From the NCBI GenBank assembly GCA_020403455.1, contig JADBXP010000021.1, positions 9,743 to 73,742 on the forward strand: DNA of 64,000 bases, given 5' to 3'. The notes below the pieces were generated by a model, which saw nothing but the letters and a program-made list of their open reading frames with translations, did not search any database and was not told where the DNA came from. The DNA is from Chitinophagaceae bacterium. GTDB lineage: Bacteria; Bacteroidota; Bacteroidia; Chitinophagales; Chitinophagaceae. Position numbers and translations under genes: made by a program. Shown here in pieces: positions 47,522 through 56,827 of this stretch (position 1 is its first letter; every line of letters starts with the position of its first letter).

Positions 47522-48679
47522 TTATAGATGCGCAAATATATATTCCAGAATGGATATTTCCTCTGCGGTGAAACTCCTGTCTTTCATTTGTTTCCAATTA
47601 CCAATCGAAGCAATTGCTTTTGGCAATTCGTATCGTGTACCGGCAACTCCCCAACTGCAAGGTTCTATGATTGTCGGGAGTAGCCCACTTCCAAATACAT
47701 TACAACATGTTCCATAGATGCTTCCGGTGTTCATAGCCGCCTGAATAGATACAGTGCAATAGTCTCCCATGATGACTCCACATTTTTGTCCCACAGGAAC
47801 CAATTGCTTTGTATAAAAATCCCATACACTGACAATACCGGCAGTATTTTTCACATTGCTGTTGGTAGCACCCGCTCCCAGATTGCACCACTCTCCTATT
47901 ACAGCATCACCGAGATAACCGTGGTGTGCTTTGTTGGAATAGCCCATCATCAAAGTATTCTTGATTTCACCACCGCCTACACAGTATGGACCTAGGGTGG
48001 TAGCTCCATAAATACTGCTTTGCATTTTTACCACGGCACCTTCACACATAGCGAAAGGTCCGCGAATGGCTGCGCCTTCTAAAATGGTAGCATTGCTACC
48101 AATGTAGATAGGTCCTTCTGTCGCGTTCAGATAACAGGGTGCGACATCAGCTCCCGGTTCAATAAAAATATTTTCCGGATGGGTACACTGAACATGAGCA
48201 GGAATGGGTTCGGATAATCTGCCAGCAGTGATCAATTCTACATCCTCCAATAACTGTTGCCTGTTTTTACTGATCAAATCCCAGGGATGCATCAATTTGT
48301 TGACTGTCTGTTCTGTTACATGAAGTTTCTCCGGATTTTGCAGTAAGTTGTGAATAGAATCCTGGTGGGCAGTAAATCTGCAGGCCCAGATACTTCCATC
48401 CGAACGCAGGGCGGAACCTGAAGTCAATCTATAAATGGCATCAATAGCAGCCTTGTCGGGATAAACGCTGGCATCTATCCATGTATGTTCCCCCTCCGGT
48501 AATGGCTCGTACAAGCACCGCAAATACTCTGCAGTGGCCACCCCTACTTTTTCTTGGGTGCGCAGTTCCCATCTTTCTTTTTGCGTGAGAATGCCGAGCC
48601 GTAGATCTGCTATAGCACGCGTGGCAGCCAGTGGTAACAGCCTGTCCCTGTCCTGCGGATCAAAGAGGATAATCGCCAT
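47522..48679 (-). CDS. putative sugar nucleotidyltransferase with left-handed beta-helix C-domain (GlmU-like family)
   Basis: 385 aa. N-terminal nucleotidyltransferase-like region and C-terminal hexapeptide-like repeats (GSNATILEGAAIRGP..., GYLGDAVIGEWCNLGAGA). Confidence 0.6.
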   Translation of the reverse strand: MAIILFDPQDRDRLLPLAATRAIADLRLGILTQKERWELRTQEKVGVATAEYLRCLYEPLPEGEHTWIDASVYPDKAAIDAIYRLTSGSALRSDGSIWACRFTAHQDSIHNLLQNPEKLHVTEQTVNKLMHPWDLISKNRQQLLEDVELITAGRLSEPIPAHVQCTHPENIFIEPGADVAPCYLNATEGPIYIGSNATILEGAAIRGPFAMCEGAVVKMQSSIYGATTLGPYCVGGGEIKNTLMMGYSNKAHHGYLGDAVIGEWCNLGAGATNSNVKNTAGIVSVWDFYTKQLVPVGQKCGVIMGDYCTVSIQAAMNTGSIYGTCCNVFGSGLLPTIIEPCSWGVAGTRYELPKAIASIGNWKQMKDRSFTAEEISILEYIFAHL

Positions 48680-48748
48680 GCGGGCAATTTAATTCATTCC
48701 TCTCAGATTCAAGTTCTTCCTGCAGATTATCCATCATGAAATAGCCCT

Positions 48749-48756
48749 AACTTTGC
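48749..48756 (+). promoter_or_regulatory. Bacteroidota -7 promoter box TAACTTTG
   Basis: Matches TAnnTTTG. Lies 17 nt upstream of the pruA ATG. Confidence 0.4.
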
Positions 48757-48772
48757 ACACAAATCTAACATT

Positions 48773-50404
48773 ATGAGCAGAGGAATATTTTCTTATCCGG
48801 CCCCGGCGAATGAACCTGTTAAATCTTATGCGCCCGGTTCTCCCGAAAGGGCTGCATTAAAAAAGGCACTGGCCGATCTGAAAAAGAAATCCCTGGACAT
48901 TCCGATGTACATCGGCGGAAAAGCTGTTCGCACCGGGAATACCAGAACCATACATCCACCCCACGAATTGAGTCATACCCTCGGCCAGTTTCACATGGGC
49001 ACTGCACAACATGCTCAGCAGGCCATTGATGCTGCTCTCAAGGCACGCAGCAGCTGGTCTGAAATGAGTTGGGAATCGAGAGCCCATATTTTTTTAAAGG
49101 CCGCCGACCTTCTTGCAGGCAAATACCGCTATCAAATGAATGCCGCAACGATGCTCGGGCAAAGTAAGAATGCTTATCAGGCAGAAATTGACAGCGCCTG
49201 TGAACTGATTGATTTCCTTCGATTCAATGTTTATTATCTCAACGAAATTTATAAGCAACAACCGGTATCCTCACCCGGTATCCATAACCGAACCGAATGG
49301 AGACCGCTGGAAGGATTTGTTTTAGCGATTACCCCATTTAATTTTACAGCCATCGGTGGTAACTTACCCACTTCTGCGGCACTTTGTGGCAACGTGGTAG
49401 TTTGGAAACCTGCCAATACACAAATTTTCTCAGCACAACTCTTTATGAAAATTTTGCAGGAAGCCGGACTTCCCGCAGGTGTAATTAACCTGGTATATGT
49501 GGATGGACCGACTATCGGACAAACCTGCTTTACACATCCAATGTTTGCGGGGGTTCATTTTACCGGCTCTACGGGTGTATTCAACCAGATGTGGAGGACC
49601 ATGGCAGAAAACCTTCCCCGCTATCGGTCTTATCCACGCATTGTAGGAGAAACCGGGGGTAAAGATTTTGTGCTGGTACACGAAAGTGCTGATCCGGATG
49701 CAGTCGTAACTGCGCTGGCAAGAGGTGCATTTGAATTTCAGGGACAGAAATGTTCTGCTGCTTCACGGGCTTATATTCCCAGCAATCTCGCTGCAGAAGT
49801 AAAAAAGAAACTGGTAGCTGCCATTGAAACGATGAAAATGGGAACAGTGGAAGATTTCAGTCATTTCATCAATGCAGTGATAGATGAAAAAGCATTCGAC
49901 AGCATTACATCTTACATCAAGCGTGCTGCCAAGAATAAAAAGAACACGATTCTGGCGGGAGGAACTTTCAGTAAAAGAAAGGGCTACTTCATTGCACCTA
50001 CACTCATAGAGACAAAAGATCCGCGCTCACTCACCATGTGCGAAGAAATATTCGGTCCTGTACTTACCATCTATGTTTACCCTGCGGGGGATTTCGATCG
50101 CGCCCTTCAATTGGTAGATACCACTTCACCCTATGCACTCACAGGTTCAGTGATGGCGAGGGACCGAGCTGCAATTGAAAAGGCAACGCGAGTGCTGAGA
50201 GATAGTGCGGGTAATTTCTATATCAATGACAAGCCCACGGGTGCTGTGGTAGGGCAACAGCCTTTTGGAGGAGCCCGAGCCTCCGGTACCAATGACAAGG
50301 CGGGAAGTCAGCTCAATCTTTACCGCTGGTTGAGTGCCAGAACAATTAAAGAAACATTTGATCCTCCGACGGATTACAGGTATCCATTTATGCAAGAAGG
50401 ATAA
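48773..50404 (+). CDS. pruA: L-glutamate gamma-semialdehyde (1-pyrroline-5-carboxylate) dehydrogenase
   Basis: 543 aa aldehyde dehydrogenase. Motifs VGETGGKDF and FEFQGQKCSAASR, with the N-terminal P5CDH-type extension. Confidence 0.85.
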   Translation: MSRGIFSYPAPANEPVKSYAPGSPERAALKKALADLKKKSLDIPMYIGGKAVRTGNTRTIHPPHELSHTLGQFHMGTAQHAQQAIDAALKARSSWSEMSWESRAHIFLKAADLLAGKYRYQMNAATMLGQSKNAYQAEIDSACELIDFLRFNVYYLNEIYKQQPVSSPGIHNRTEWRPLEGFVLAITPFNFTAIGGNLPTSAALCGNVVVWKPANTQIFSAQLFMKILQEAGLPAGVINLVYVDGPTIGQTCFTHPMFAGVHFTGSTGVFNQMWRTMAENLPRYRSYPRIVGETGGKDFVLVHESADPDAVVTALARGAFEFQGQKCSAASRAYIPSNLAAEVKKKLVAAIETMKMGTVEDFSHFINAVIDEKAFDSITSYIKRAAKNKKNTILAGGTFSKRKGYFIAPTLIETKDPRSLTMCEEIFGPVLTIYVYPAGDFDRALQLVDTTSPYALTGSVMARDRAAIEKATRVLRDSAGNFYINDKPTGAVVGQQPFGGARASGTNDKAGSQLNLYRWLSARTIKETFDPPTDYRYPFMQEG

Positions 50405-50433
50405 ACCATTCTTTAGACAAAGTCTTTTTTCTC

Positions 50434-50708
50434 CGCAGGGTCGCCGCCTCCGGCGGAAGACCCTGCGTAGACGAAATCACACCCACACTTCACACCCACG
50501 CTGGCTTCCTCCTCCGCGCGTCTTCCGCCGTAGGCGGAGACTTCGCTGCTTATGCCAGGTTCAATTTTATCTTTGATTGGATATAGTAAGATAATTACAC
50601 ATTCCAGCCGCAAAGTCCACCTCCTGCGTCGGTGAGACTTTTCGGAGGAAAAAAGACCGTAAAAGTCTTTGGTTCCTATAGCTGCATCACTTCCGCCGGA
50701 GGAGGTGA
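50434..50708. repeat. cluster of GC-rich palindromic hairpins sharing a CTTCCGCCG(G/T)AGG core
   Basis: Four hairpins. CGCAGGGTC...GACCCTGCG (50434-50467, inner CCGCC/GGCGG). GTCTTCCGCC-GTA-GGCGGAGAC (50520-50541). AGACTTTT...AAAAGTCT (50635-50668). TCACTTCC-GCCGGA-GGAGGTGA (50687-50708). Confidence 0.6.
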
Positions 50709-50772
50709 GTCTTCCGATTAAACTTTTTTACAGAACGGTGGTTATATTTGTTAAGTGAAAAATTGAACCTGT

Positions 50773-51288
50773 ATGGCCAAACCAACCCGTGAACTGGTAG
50801 ATGCTTTGAGAGCTACGGCTCTTCGCTTACAAAACGGTGCTCATTATGCCTGGGGGCACCATGGAAGTTGCAACTGCGGACATCTTCTGCAGGTACTTAC
50901 CCGACTGGATGAGAAGGAAATTCTCACTTACGCACATACGGCCCCGGGTGAATGGACAGAACTCGCAGCGGAATTCTGCGGCATCATCCAGGCCCCGGTT
51001 AGCCTGCTGGTGAAAAAACTAATGGAGGCAGGCCTCACCCCTACTGATATACACCACCTTGAATACCTCACCGACCGGACCATTCTGGAACGTTTACCGG
51101 GCGGTTTTCGCTGGCTACAAAGAAACCGGCGCGAGGATGTAATCGTCTATATGGAGACCTTTGCTAATTGGATAGAAGAACAAATGCCCCCCGATTCGGT
51201 GAACAGCTGGCTCCGGGAATTGACAGACGAAAACAATTTACCCCTCTCAGAAAACCGTGTTTTCACCGAACAGGTACTGCCTGTTTAA
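50773..51288 (+). CDS. hypothetical protein with Cys/His cluster
   Basis: 171 aa. Contains YAWGHHGSCNCGHLLQV. No family recognised. Confidence 0.5.
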   Translation: MAKPTRELVDALRATALRLQNGAHYAWGHHGSCNCGHLLQVLTRLDEKEILTYAHTAPGEWTELAAEFCGIIQAPVSLLVKKLMEAGLTPTDIHHLEYLTDRTILERLPGGFRWLQRNRREDVIVYMETFANWIEEQMPPDSVNSWLRELTDENNLPLSENRVFTEQVLPV

Positions 51289-51359
51289 CCGGATTTCCTC
51301 TGCGAATTACCCTGTGTATAACCCGTTCCACAACTCTTGCGATTTTAGGGTTTTAGCTG

Positions 51360-51367
51360 TATATTTG
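51360..51367 (+). promoter_or_regulatory. Bacteroidota -7 promoter box TATATTTG
   Basis: Matches TAnnTTTG. Lies 20 nt upstream of the pdhA GTG start. Confidence 0.4.
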
Positions 51368-51386
51368 CCCCCTCAAAAAGAAGCCT

Positions 51387-52382
51387 GTGGCGACGAAATT
51401 TTCCCGTGAAACGTACCTCTACTGGTATGAAGTGATGCAACTCATCCGCCAGTTTGAACTGAAGGCAGAGGAGATGTATAAAATGGCCGGCAAAATCCGT
51501 GGTTTTTTCCATGCCTATGTTGGGCAGGAAGCCATCGCCGCCGGATGCATGACAGCTACCACCTCTGATGACCCATTTATTACCGCTTACCGTGACCATG
51601 GTTTGGGACTTGCCAAGGGGATGTCAGCCAACTCCTGTATGGCAGAACTATATGGCAAGGCAACCGGATGCAGTAAGGGTAAGGGAGGCAGTATGCACTT
51701 CTTCAGCAAAGAACACCGATTCTTTGGGGGACATGGAATCGTAGGTGCACAAATTGGTACCGGTGCAGGTCTTGCATTTGCTGAAAAATACCTGGGCACA
51801 CAAAATGTAGTGCTTTGCTTTTTTGGTGACGGTGCTGCCCGCCAGGGAATGCTGCACGAGACTTTCAACCTGGCCATGCTCTGGAAGTTACCGGTGATTT
51901 TCATTTGTGAAAACAACCAGTATGCCATGGGCACCTCGATTGAAAGAACATCCAACGTAGTAGATATTTACAAACTCGCAGATGCTTACGATATGCCTGC
52001 TGATAAAGTAGATGGCATGACCCCCGAGAATGTACATGAACACGTGGCCAGAGCCGTAAAACGTGCAAGAGAAGGCGGCGGTCCTACCCTACTTGAATTG
52101 AAAACCTACCGCTACAAAGGACATTCCATCTCCGATCCACAAAAATACCGTACCAAAGAAGAAGTAGAAGAATACCGTGAACAAGACCCGCTGGTGAAGG
52201 TGCGTAACAAAATTCTGGACAGCAACTATGCCACTGCAGCCGATCTCGATCTGATCGATCAAAAAATAAACCTGATTGTAGAAGAAAGCGTTCGCTTCGC
52301 TGAGGAAAGTCCATGGCCGGATGATTCTGAACTGCTGAAAGATGTTTATGTAGATTCGAACTATCCCTTCATTGTAGATTAA
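51387..52382 (+). CDS. pdhA: pyruvate dehydrogenase (acetyl-transferring) E1 component alpha subunit
   Basis: 331 aa with a GTG start. Motifs FFHAYVGQEAIAAG, GKGGSMH, FFGDGAARQG and ICENNQYAMGT (ThDP-binding). Confidence 0.85.
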   Translation: MATKFSRETYLYWYEVMQLIRQFELKAEEMYKMAGKIRGFFHAYVGQEAIAAGCMTATTSDDPFITAYRDHGLGLAKGMSANSCMAELYGKATGCSKGKGGSMHFFSKEHRFFGGHGIVGAQIGTGAGLAFAEKYLGTQNVVLCFFGDGAARQGMLHETFNLAMLWKLPVIFICENNQYAMGTSIERTSNVVDIYKLADAYDMPADKVDGMTPENVHEHVARAVKRAREGGGPTLLELKTYRYKGHSISDPQKYRTKEEVEEYREQDPLVKVRNKILDSNYATAADLDLIDQKINLIVEESVRFAEESPWPDDSELLKDVYVDSNYPFIVD

Positions 52383-52420
52383 TATTGCTGCGACAACGCG
52401 AAATAGAAAACAAACCCAAC

Positions 52421-53089
52421 ATGAGTACTAAAGTTTTTCACGAAGAAGATGGCATTGAAAAAATGCTTCATTTTTTCAAAACACATCAAAATAAAATCCT
52501 GGCCGGTGTATCTACCGTTGTTCTATTGATCGTAGGCTGGTATGGCTACAATGAATACGTAAAAAAGCCCAACGAAGAAAAGGCAGCCGATGCCCTCTTC
52601 AAATCACAGGGTTATTTCACCCTAGATTCATCCCGTTTGGTATTGAATGGAGACGGACAAAGCAAAGGCGTATTGTATGTTATGCGTACTTTCAGCGGAA
52701 CCAAGGCAGCTAACTTAGCAAAATTCTATGCCGGTGTTAGTTATTTGCACCTAGGTGAATTCGCTAATGCAGTTAAATACCTGGAAGATTTTTCCACTGA
52801 TGCCCCTCAGATACAGCTATTGGCTTATGGCAATCTGGCCGATGCCTACGCAGAGCTGAACAAGAAAGACCAGGCAGTGAATTATTACCTGAAAGCAGCC
52901 CATCATTTTGAAAAAGATGAAACCAACTCATCCGAATACCTGTTCCGCGCAGCCCTCTTGCAGGAAACCCTGGGCAAGAATTCAGAGGCACTTGAACTGT
53001 ACAAAGAGTTGAAAGAAAAATATCCCAAAACTGAAAAAGGTTACCAGGCAGACAAATACATTAATCGACTGAGCATTCAAAAAGACTAG
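52421..53089 (+). CDS. tetratricopeptide-repeat membrane-anchored protein
   Basis: I chose ATG 52421 (MSTKVFHEE...). One TM helix (ILAGVSTVVLLIVGWYGY) followed by TPR-like helices. Position upstream of ribH is typical of Bacteroidota. Confidence 0.6.
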   Translation: MSTKVFHEEDGIEKMLHFFKTHQNKILAGVSTVVLLIVGWYGYNEYVKKPNEEKAADALFKSQGYFTLDSSRLVLNGDGQSKGVLYVMRTFSGTKAANLAKFYAGVSYLHLGEFANAVKYLEDFSTDAPQIQLLAYGNLADAYAELNKKDQAVNYYLKAAHHFEKDETNSSEYLFRAALLQETLGKNSEALELYKELKEKYPKTEKGYQADKYINRLSIQKD

Positions 53090-53098
53090 CAGCTACTT

Positions 53099-53596
53099 AT
53101 GGCCAGTTCCGGAAACAACTTAGTCAACAAAGGCATCCCTTCAGCGAAGGATGCCTTTGTTATTTTGGTAAAAACCGAATGGAATGCCCCGATTGTCAAC
53201 TTGCTGGAAAAGGGTGCAAAAAAGATACTAAAAGCTGCAGGTGCACAGGTGCAAACATTGACTGTTCCCGGAGCAGTTGAAATCCCCTTCGCCATAAAAA
53301 ATCATTATGCCTACAGTGCCCAATTGCCAGATGCATACATTGCAATCGGAACAGTACTACAAGGCGATACCCCACATTTTACCTATGTGTGTCAATCGGT
53401 GACCGATGGCATTACCCAACTGAATTTATCACTCGATGTACCTGTAATTTTTGGCGTACTCACTTTGTTGAATGAAGAACAGGCAAGAGAGAGAACAGGT
53501 GGCAAGCATGGAAACAAGGGAGAGGAAGCGGCGATTACAGCCTTAAAAATGATCGCGCTCAACCAGCGTCTTAAAAAACCAAAGTCACGTCGATGA
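53099..53596 (+). CDS. ribH: 6,7-dimethyl-8-ribityllumazine synthase
   Basis: 165 aa. Motifs VPGAVEIPFA, GTVLQGDTPHFTYVC and FGVLT. Confidence 0.9.
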   Translation: MASSGNNLVNKGIPSAKDAFVILVKTEWNAPIVNLLEKGAKKILKAAGAQVQTLTVPGAVEIPFAIKNHYAYSAQLPDAYIAIGTVLQGDTPHFTYVCQSVTDGITQLNLSLDVPVIFGVLTLLNEEQARERTGGKHGNKGEEAAITALKMIALNQRLKKPKSRR

Positions 53597-54315
53597 AAGT
53601 ACATGTGTTCATACCTTGCTTCATTGACCAATTGTACCCCGGAGTTGGCATCAACATGGTGAAAGTATTGCGGAAGGCAGGCTGTGAAGTCATTTACAAT
53701 CCCGCCCAAACCTGCTGCGGCCAACCAGCCTTCAATGCGGGCTTCTGGGGTGAAGCAAAAGAGGTATGTACAAAATTCATTGCAGACTTCGAAGGGGCTG
53801 AATACATAGTTACTCCAAGTGCCAGCTGTACCGGCTTTGTGAAAAATTACTTCAAGTCATTGTTCGAAAATTCTGCCTATCAGCAACCTGCCAAAAAAAC
53901 TTCCGAAAAGATTCATGAGTTTTCTTCCTTTCTGGTCAATGTGTTGGGAGTTGAGAACTTAGGAGCAAGTTTTTCAGCTAAAGCTACCTATCATGATAGT
54001 TGCGCTGCGCTGCGCGAATGTAATATCAAGGATGAGCCCCGAAAATTGTTGCAACAAGTGGAGGGACTAGAATTGGTAGAAATGAACGATACCGGTACCT
54101 GCTGTGGTTTTGGCGGAACATTTGCCGTTAAGTTTGAACCCATCAGCATTGCCATGGGGGAACAAAAATCTCGCAATGCCGCTGATACCGGTGCACAATA
54201 CATCATCAGCACAGATATGAGTTGCCTGATGCACCTTGATGGATACATGCGCAATCAACAGATGAATTTACAAGTGTTGCACCTTGCAGATGTACTAGCA
54301 TCGGGTTGGGAATAA
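53593..54315 (+). CDS. (Fe-S)-binding CCG-domain protein, LutA / glycolate oxidase Fe-S subunit-like
   Basis: 240 aa. Contains FIPCFIDQLYPGVGINMVKVL and two CCG motifs (QTCCGQP, GTCCGFGG). 4-nt overlap with ribH. Confidence 0.65.
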   Translation: MKVHVFIPCFIDQLYPGVGINMVKVLRKAGCEVIYNPAQTCCGQPAFNAGFWGEAKEVCTKFIADFEGAEYIVTPSASCTGFVKNYFKSLFENSAYQQPAKKTSEKIHEFSSFLVNVLGVENLGASFSAKATYHDSCAALRECNIKDEPRKLLQQVEGLELVEMNDTGTCCGFGGTFAVKFEPISIAMGEQKSRNAADTGAQYIISTDMSCLMHLDGYMRNQQMNLQVLHLADVLASGWE

Positions 54316-54354
54316 TTCCAGGATTGCTTTTCATTATCATAATTCAATAAGGGT

Positions 54355-54768
54355 ATGAATTACTGGCTCATCAAATCCGAACCATTTAAATACAGTTGGG
54401 AACAGTTTGAAAAAGAAGGACAAACCTTTTGGGATGGGGTCAGAAACTATGGTGCCCGCAACAATCTGCGCTCGATGAAGATAGGTGACAGAGCTTTTTG
54501 GTACCACAGCAATGAGGGACTGGAAATTGTTGGCATTGCTGAAGTAATCAAGGAGGCCTACCAAGACCCTACTACCCCCGACCCCGCCTGGGTAGTGGTA
54601 GATTTTCGTCCCTATAAAAAACTCAAGCAGCCCGTATCACTTGCAGCCATTAAAAAAGAACCCCTGCTCGCCAACATGGATCTGATTCGTTTGGGCCGAT
54701 TATCCGTACAAGCCGTTCGGCCGGAAGAATGGACACATATCTTGAAAATGGCGAAGACATCCCGCTAA
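54355..54768 (+). CDS. EVE (PUA-like, DUF55) domain protein
   Basis: 137 aa. MNYWLIKSEPFKYSWEQF..WDGVRNYGARNNLRSMKIGDRAFWYHS is the classic EVE/Thy28 N-terminal pattern. Confidence 0.8.
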   Translation: MNYWLIKSEPFKYSWEQFEKEGQTFWDGVRNYGARNNLRSMKIGDRAFWYHSNEGLEIVGIAEVIKEAYQDPTTPDPAWVVVDFRPYKKLKQPVSLAAIKKEPLLANMDLIRLGRLSVQAVRPEEWTHILKMAKTSR

Positions 54769-54778
54769 ATTTATAGAG

Positions 54779-55480
54779 ATGAGCGAAAAAGTCTCCAAAA
54801 AGAAAATGGTAGTGCTAACTGGTGCCGGCATGAGTGCCGAAAGCGGTCTTCGTACTTTCCGTGATGGCGACGGTTTATGGGAAGAATACAATGTATATGA
54901 AGTAGCACACATCGATGCCTGGAAAAAGAATCCGGCACTGGTGCTGCGTTTTTACAATGAAAGAAGACAACAGGTGCTGAATGCGAAACCCAACAAGGCA
55001 CATCGGCTGTTGGCAGCCATGGAAAGGGATTTCGATATCACCATCATCACACAAAACATAGACGACCTGCATGAACGTGCAGGCAGCAGCCAGGTTATCC
55101 ACTTGCACGGGGAAATTTTGCGCATGCGCAGTGAAGAAAATCCTGAACTGAGCGCCTCAATTCGGGGAGACATTCTATTGGGTCAAGTCGCTCCTGATGG
55201 CGCACAACTCAGACCGGATATTGTATGGTTCGGGGAGGAAGTCCCCATGATGTTAACGGCAGCTCATATTACCGGCCTGGCCGATATTTTTGTTATCATA
55301 GGCACTTCATTGCAGGTATATCCGGCGGCAGGACTGGTGCAGCAAGTGCCAGCCGGAGTACCTATCTATGTCATTGATAAAAACATTCCCACCCTATCCG
55401 GGAACTCGCCCATCCACTCCATCGAACAACCTGCAACCGTTGGGGTGGAAATGCTCTGGCTGGCATTGGGAAATTCATAA
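54779..55480 (+). CDS. cobB: NAD-dependent protein deacylase (Sir2/CobB family)
   Basis: 233 aa. Motifs GAGMSAESGLRTFRD, TQNIDDLHERAG, HLHGE and IGTSLQVYPAA. Confidence 0.75.
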   Translation: MSEKVSKKKMVVLTGAGMSAESGLRTFRDGDGLWEEYNVYEVAHIDAWKKNPALVLRFYNERRQQVLNAKPNKAHRLLAAMERDFDITIITQNIDDLHERAGSSQVIHLHGEILRMRSEENPELSASIRGDILLGQVAPDGAQLRPDIVWFGEEVPMMLTAAHITGLADIFVIIGTSLQVYPAAGLVQQVPAGVPIYVIDKNIPTLSGNSPIHSIEQPATVGVEMLWLALGNS

Positions 55481-55504
55481 CATTTGATTCATTACTTTGC
55501 TTCC

Positions 55505-56827
55505 ATGCAAAGAATTCCAATTTGGGCACAACCTACCCTGCTACTAACCTTCACTTTTTTTTCCCTTGTTGGTTACACACAGGAATCTCCCGCCTTCCAG
55601 TCCCTAAAAAAATATTACCATTCGCTTCCCTCCAGTGTGATGGATACCAACTGGCTGATGACCCCCATTGATACCGGTGGCATGAATTACCTGCTTCCGC
55701 TTCGGCAAGGTTTACAAAGAGAAAAAAATCGGACAATCTTCGATACGGCTGCCTATTATGACCTCCTATCGGATGCGCTTTGCCGACTCACCGATTATCA
55801 AACCAGTCAGTGGTATGAAAAAAAATTAACCGGCATCACTTCCCGCGAGGAACAAACAGTACTTCGCCAACAGGCACAACCCTTTATCAATGCAACAGGA
55901 ACAGATGCAACCTCATATATCTTGCGACAAACTGCTTCTGGAAGAATCGCTCTATTCAATGCCTCCTATCTGAAACCATATACCTATGTGTGGATTGGTA
56001 CGATGCTCGATTCACTGCGCAAACAAGGATATCGACATCTTGCGCTCGAGATACTCTCACCCACCAAAGAACCTATACAGGAAATATCGCTTTCTACTGG
56101 TTTATTCATTACAGAACCAGTCTTGGGAGAATTCATTCGTTTCGCAATAGCAGCAGGGTTTTCCGTTTTCTCTTGTCAACCGGATTACACCATTTCTAAT
56201 TTGCATGAACGGAAAAAAGAACAAGCCATGCGTTTGGGTAACTACTTTAAAAAAATACCGGGGGATGAAAAATTACTGGTCATCACACAACCCGAATCTA
56301 CCTCCGGCAGTAATGGAAACCAGTTGCAACCTTTTTCACTTTACCTCTCCTCCTGGGTCGGTGAGTCTTGTTTGAGCATTGACCAATGTACCCTTAGTTC
56401 AGGCAGCATCAATGCTGCAGGTGCCTTCCTGTATGAATTGATCTCCTATCAAAAGCCGGTGAACCGACCCACTGTTCCGCTGCAAAACGGACAGCCGCTG
56501 CTCTGGAATGATCCTTATTATTCCGCCCTGGTATTGCATCCCACACCTTCCTACAACAACCAGCGTCCGGTGTGGATGGGATTTTATGGCAAGAAAAAAA
56601 CAATTGCCTTGCCGGCAGCCCACCCTAAGTCCTGGCTGCTGCAAGCATTTTATCTGGAAGAAATACAAAAGAGAAGACCTGGCAATTGTATTCCAGCCGA
56701 TCAGACGTATCAGTTGTCAGCAGATGGCAACTATTATCTTTTCTTACAACCCGGAAAATACCGCATCATTTATCGGGACAAAGACAATGCCCTCTTGACT
56801 TTTCGTGATATTGAAGTGAATCGATGA
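55505..56827 (+). CDS. hypothetical secreted protein
   Basis: I chose ATG 55505 (MQRIPIWAQPTLLLTFTFFSLVGYTQ, signal-like). No family recognised. Confidence 0.45.
   Translation: MQRIPIWAQPTLLLTFTFFSLVGYTQESPAFQSLKKYYHSLPSSVMDTNWLMTPIDTGGMNYLLPLRQGLQREKNRTIFDTAAYYDLLSDALCRLTDYQTSQWYEKKLTGITSREEQTVLRQQAQPFINATGTDATSYILRQTASGRIALFNASYLKPYTYVWIGTMLDSLRKQGYRHLALEILSPTKEPIQEISLSTGLFITEPVLGEFIRFAIAAGFSVFSCQPDYTISNLHERKKEQAMRLGNYFKKIPGDEKLLVITQPESTSGSNGNQLQPFSLYLSSWVGESCLSIDQCTLSSGSINAAGAFLYELISYQKPVNRPTVPLQNGQPLLWNDPYYSALVLHPTPSYNNQRPVWMGFYGKKKTIALPAAHPKSWLLQAFYLEEIQKRRPGNCIPADQTYQLSADGNYYLFLQPGKYRIIYRDKDNALLTFRDIEVNR

Noticed and set aside
50334-50613. Arg-rich ORFs on both strands after pruA (80 aa and 66 aa).
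   Set aside because: Their composition is dictated by the GC-rich palindromic repeats, and there is no start context. Treated as non-coding.
53593-54315. LutA-like gene as part of a lactate utilisation lutABC operon.
   Set aside because: No LutB- or LutC-like genes follow it (the next genes are EVE and CobB), so I call it only a CCG-domain Fe-S protein.
54355-55480. Adjacent EVE-domain and SIR2-domain genes as a possible NAD-depleting defence pair.
   Set aside because: The SIR2 protein is a compact 233-aa CobB-type deacylase with all housekeeping motifs and no fused effector or sensor domain. The genes are separate, in a GC-normal core region with no mobile-element signs.
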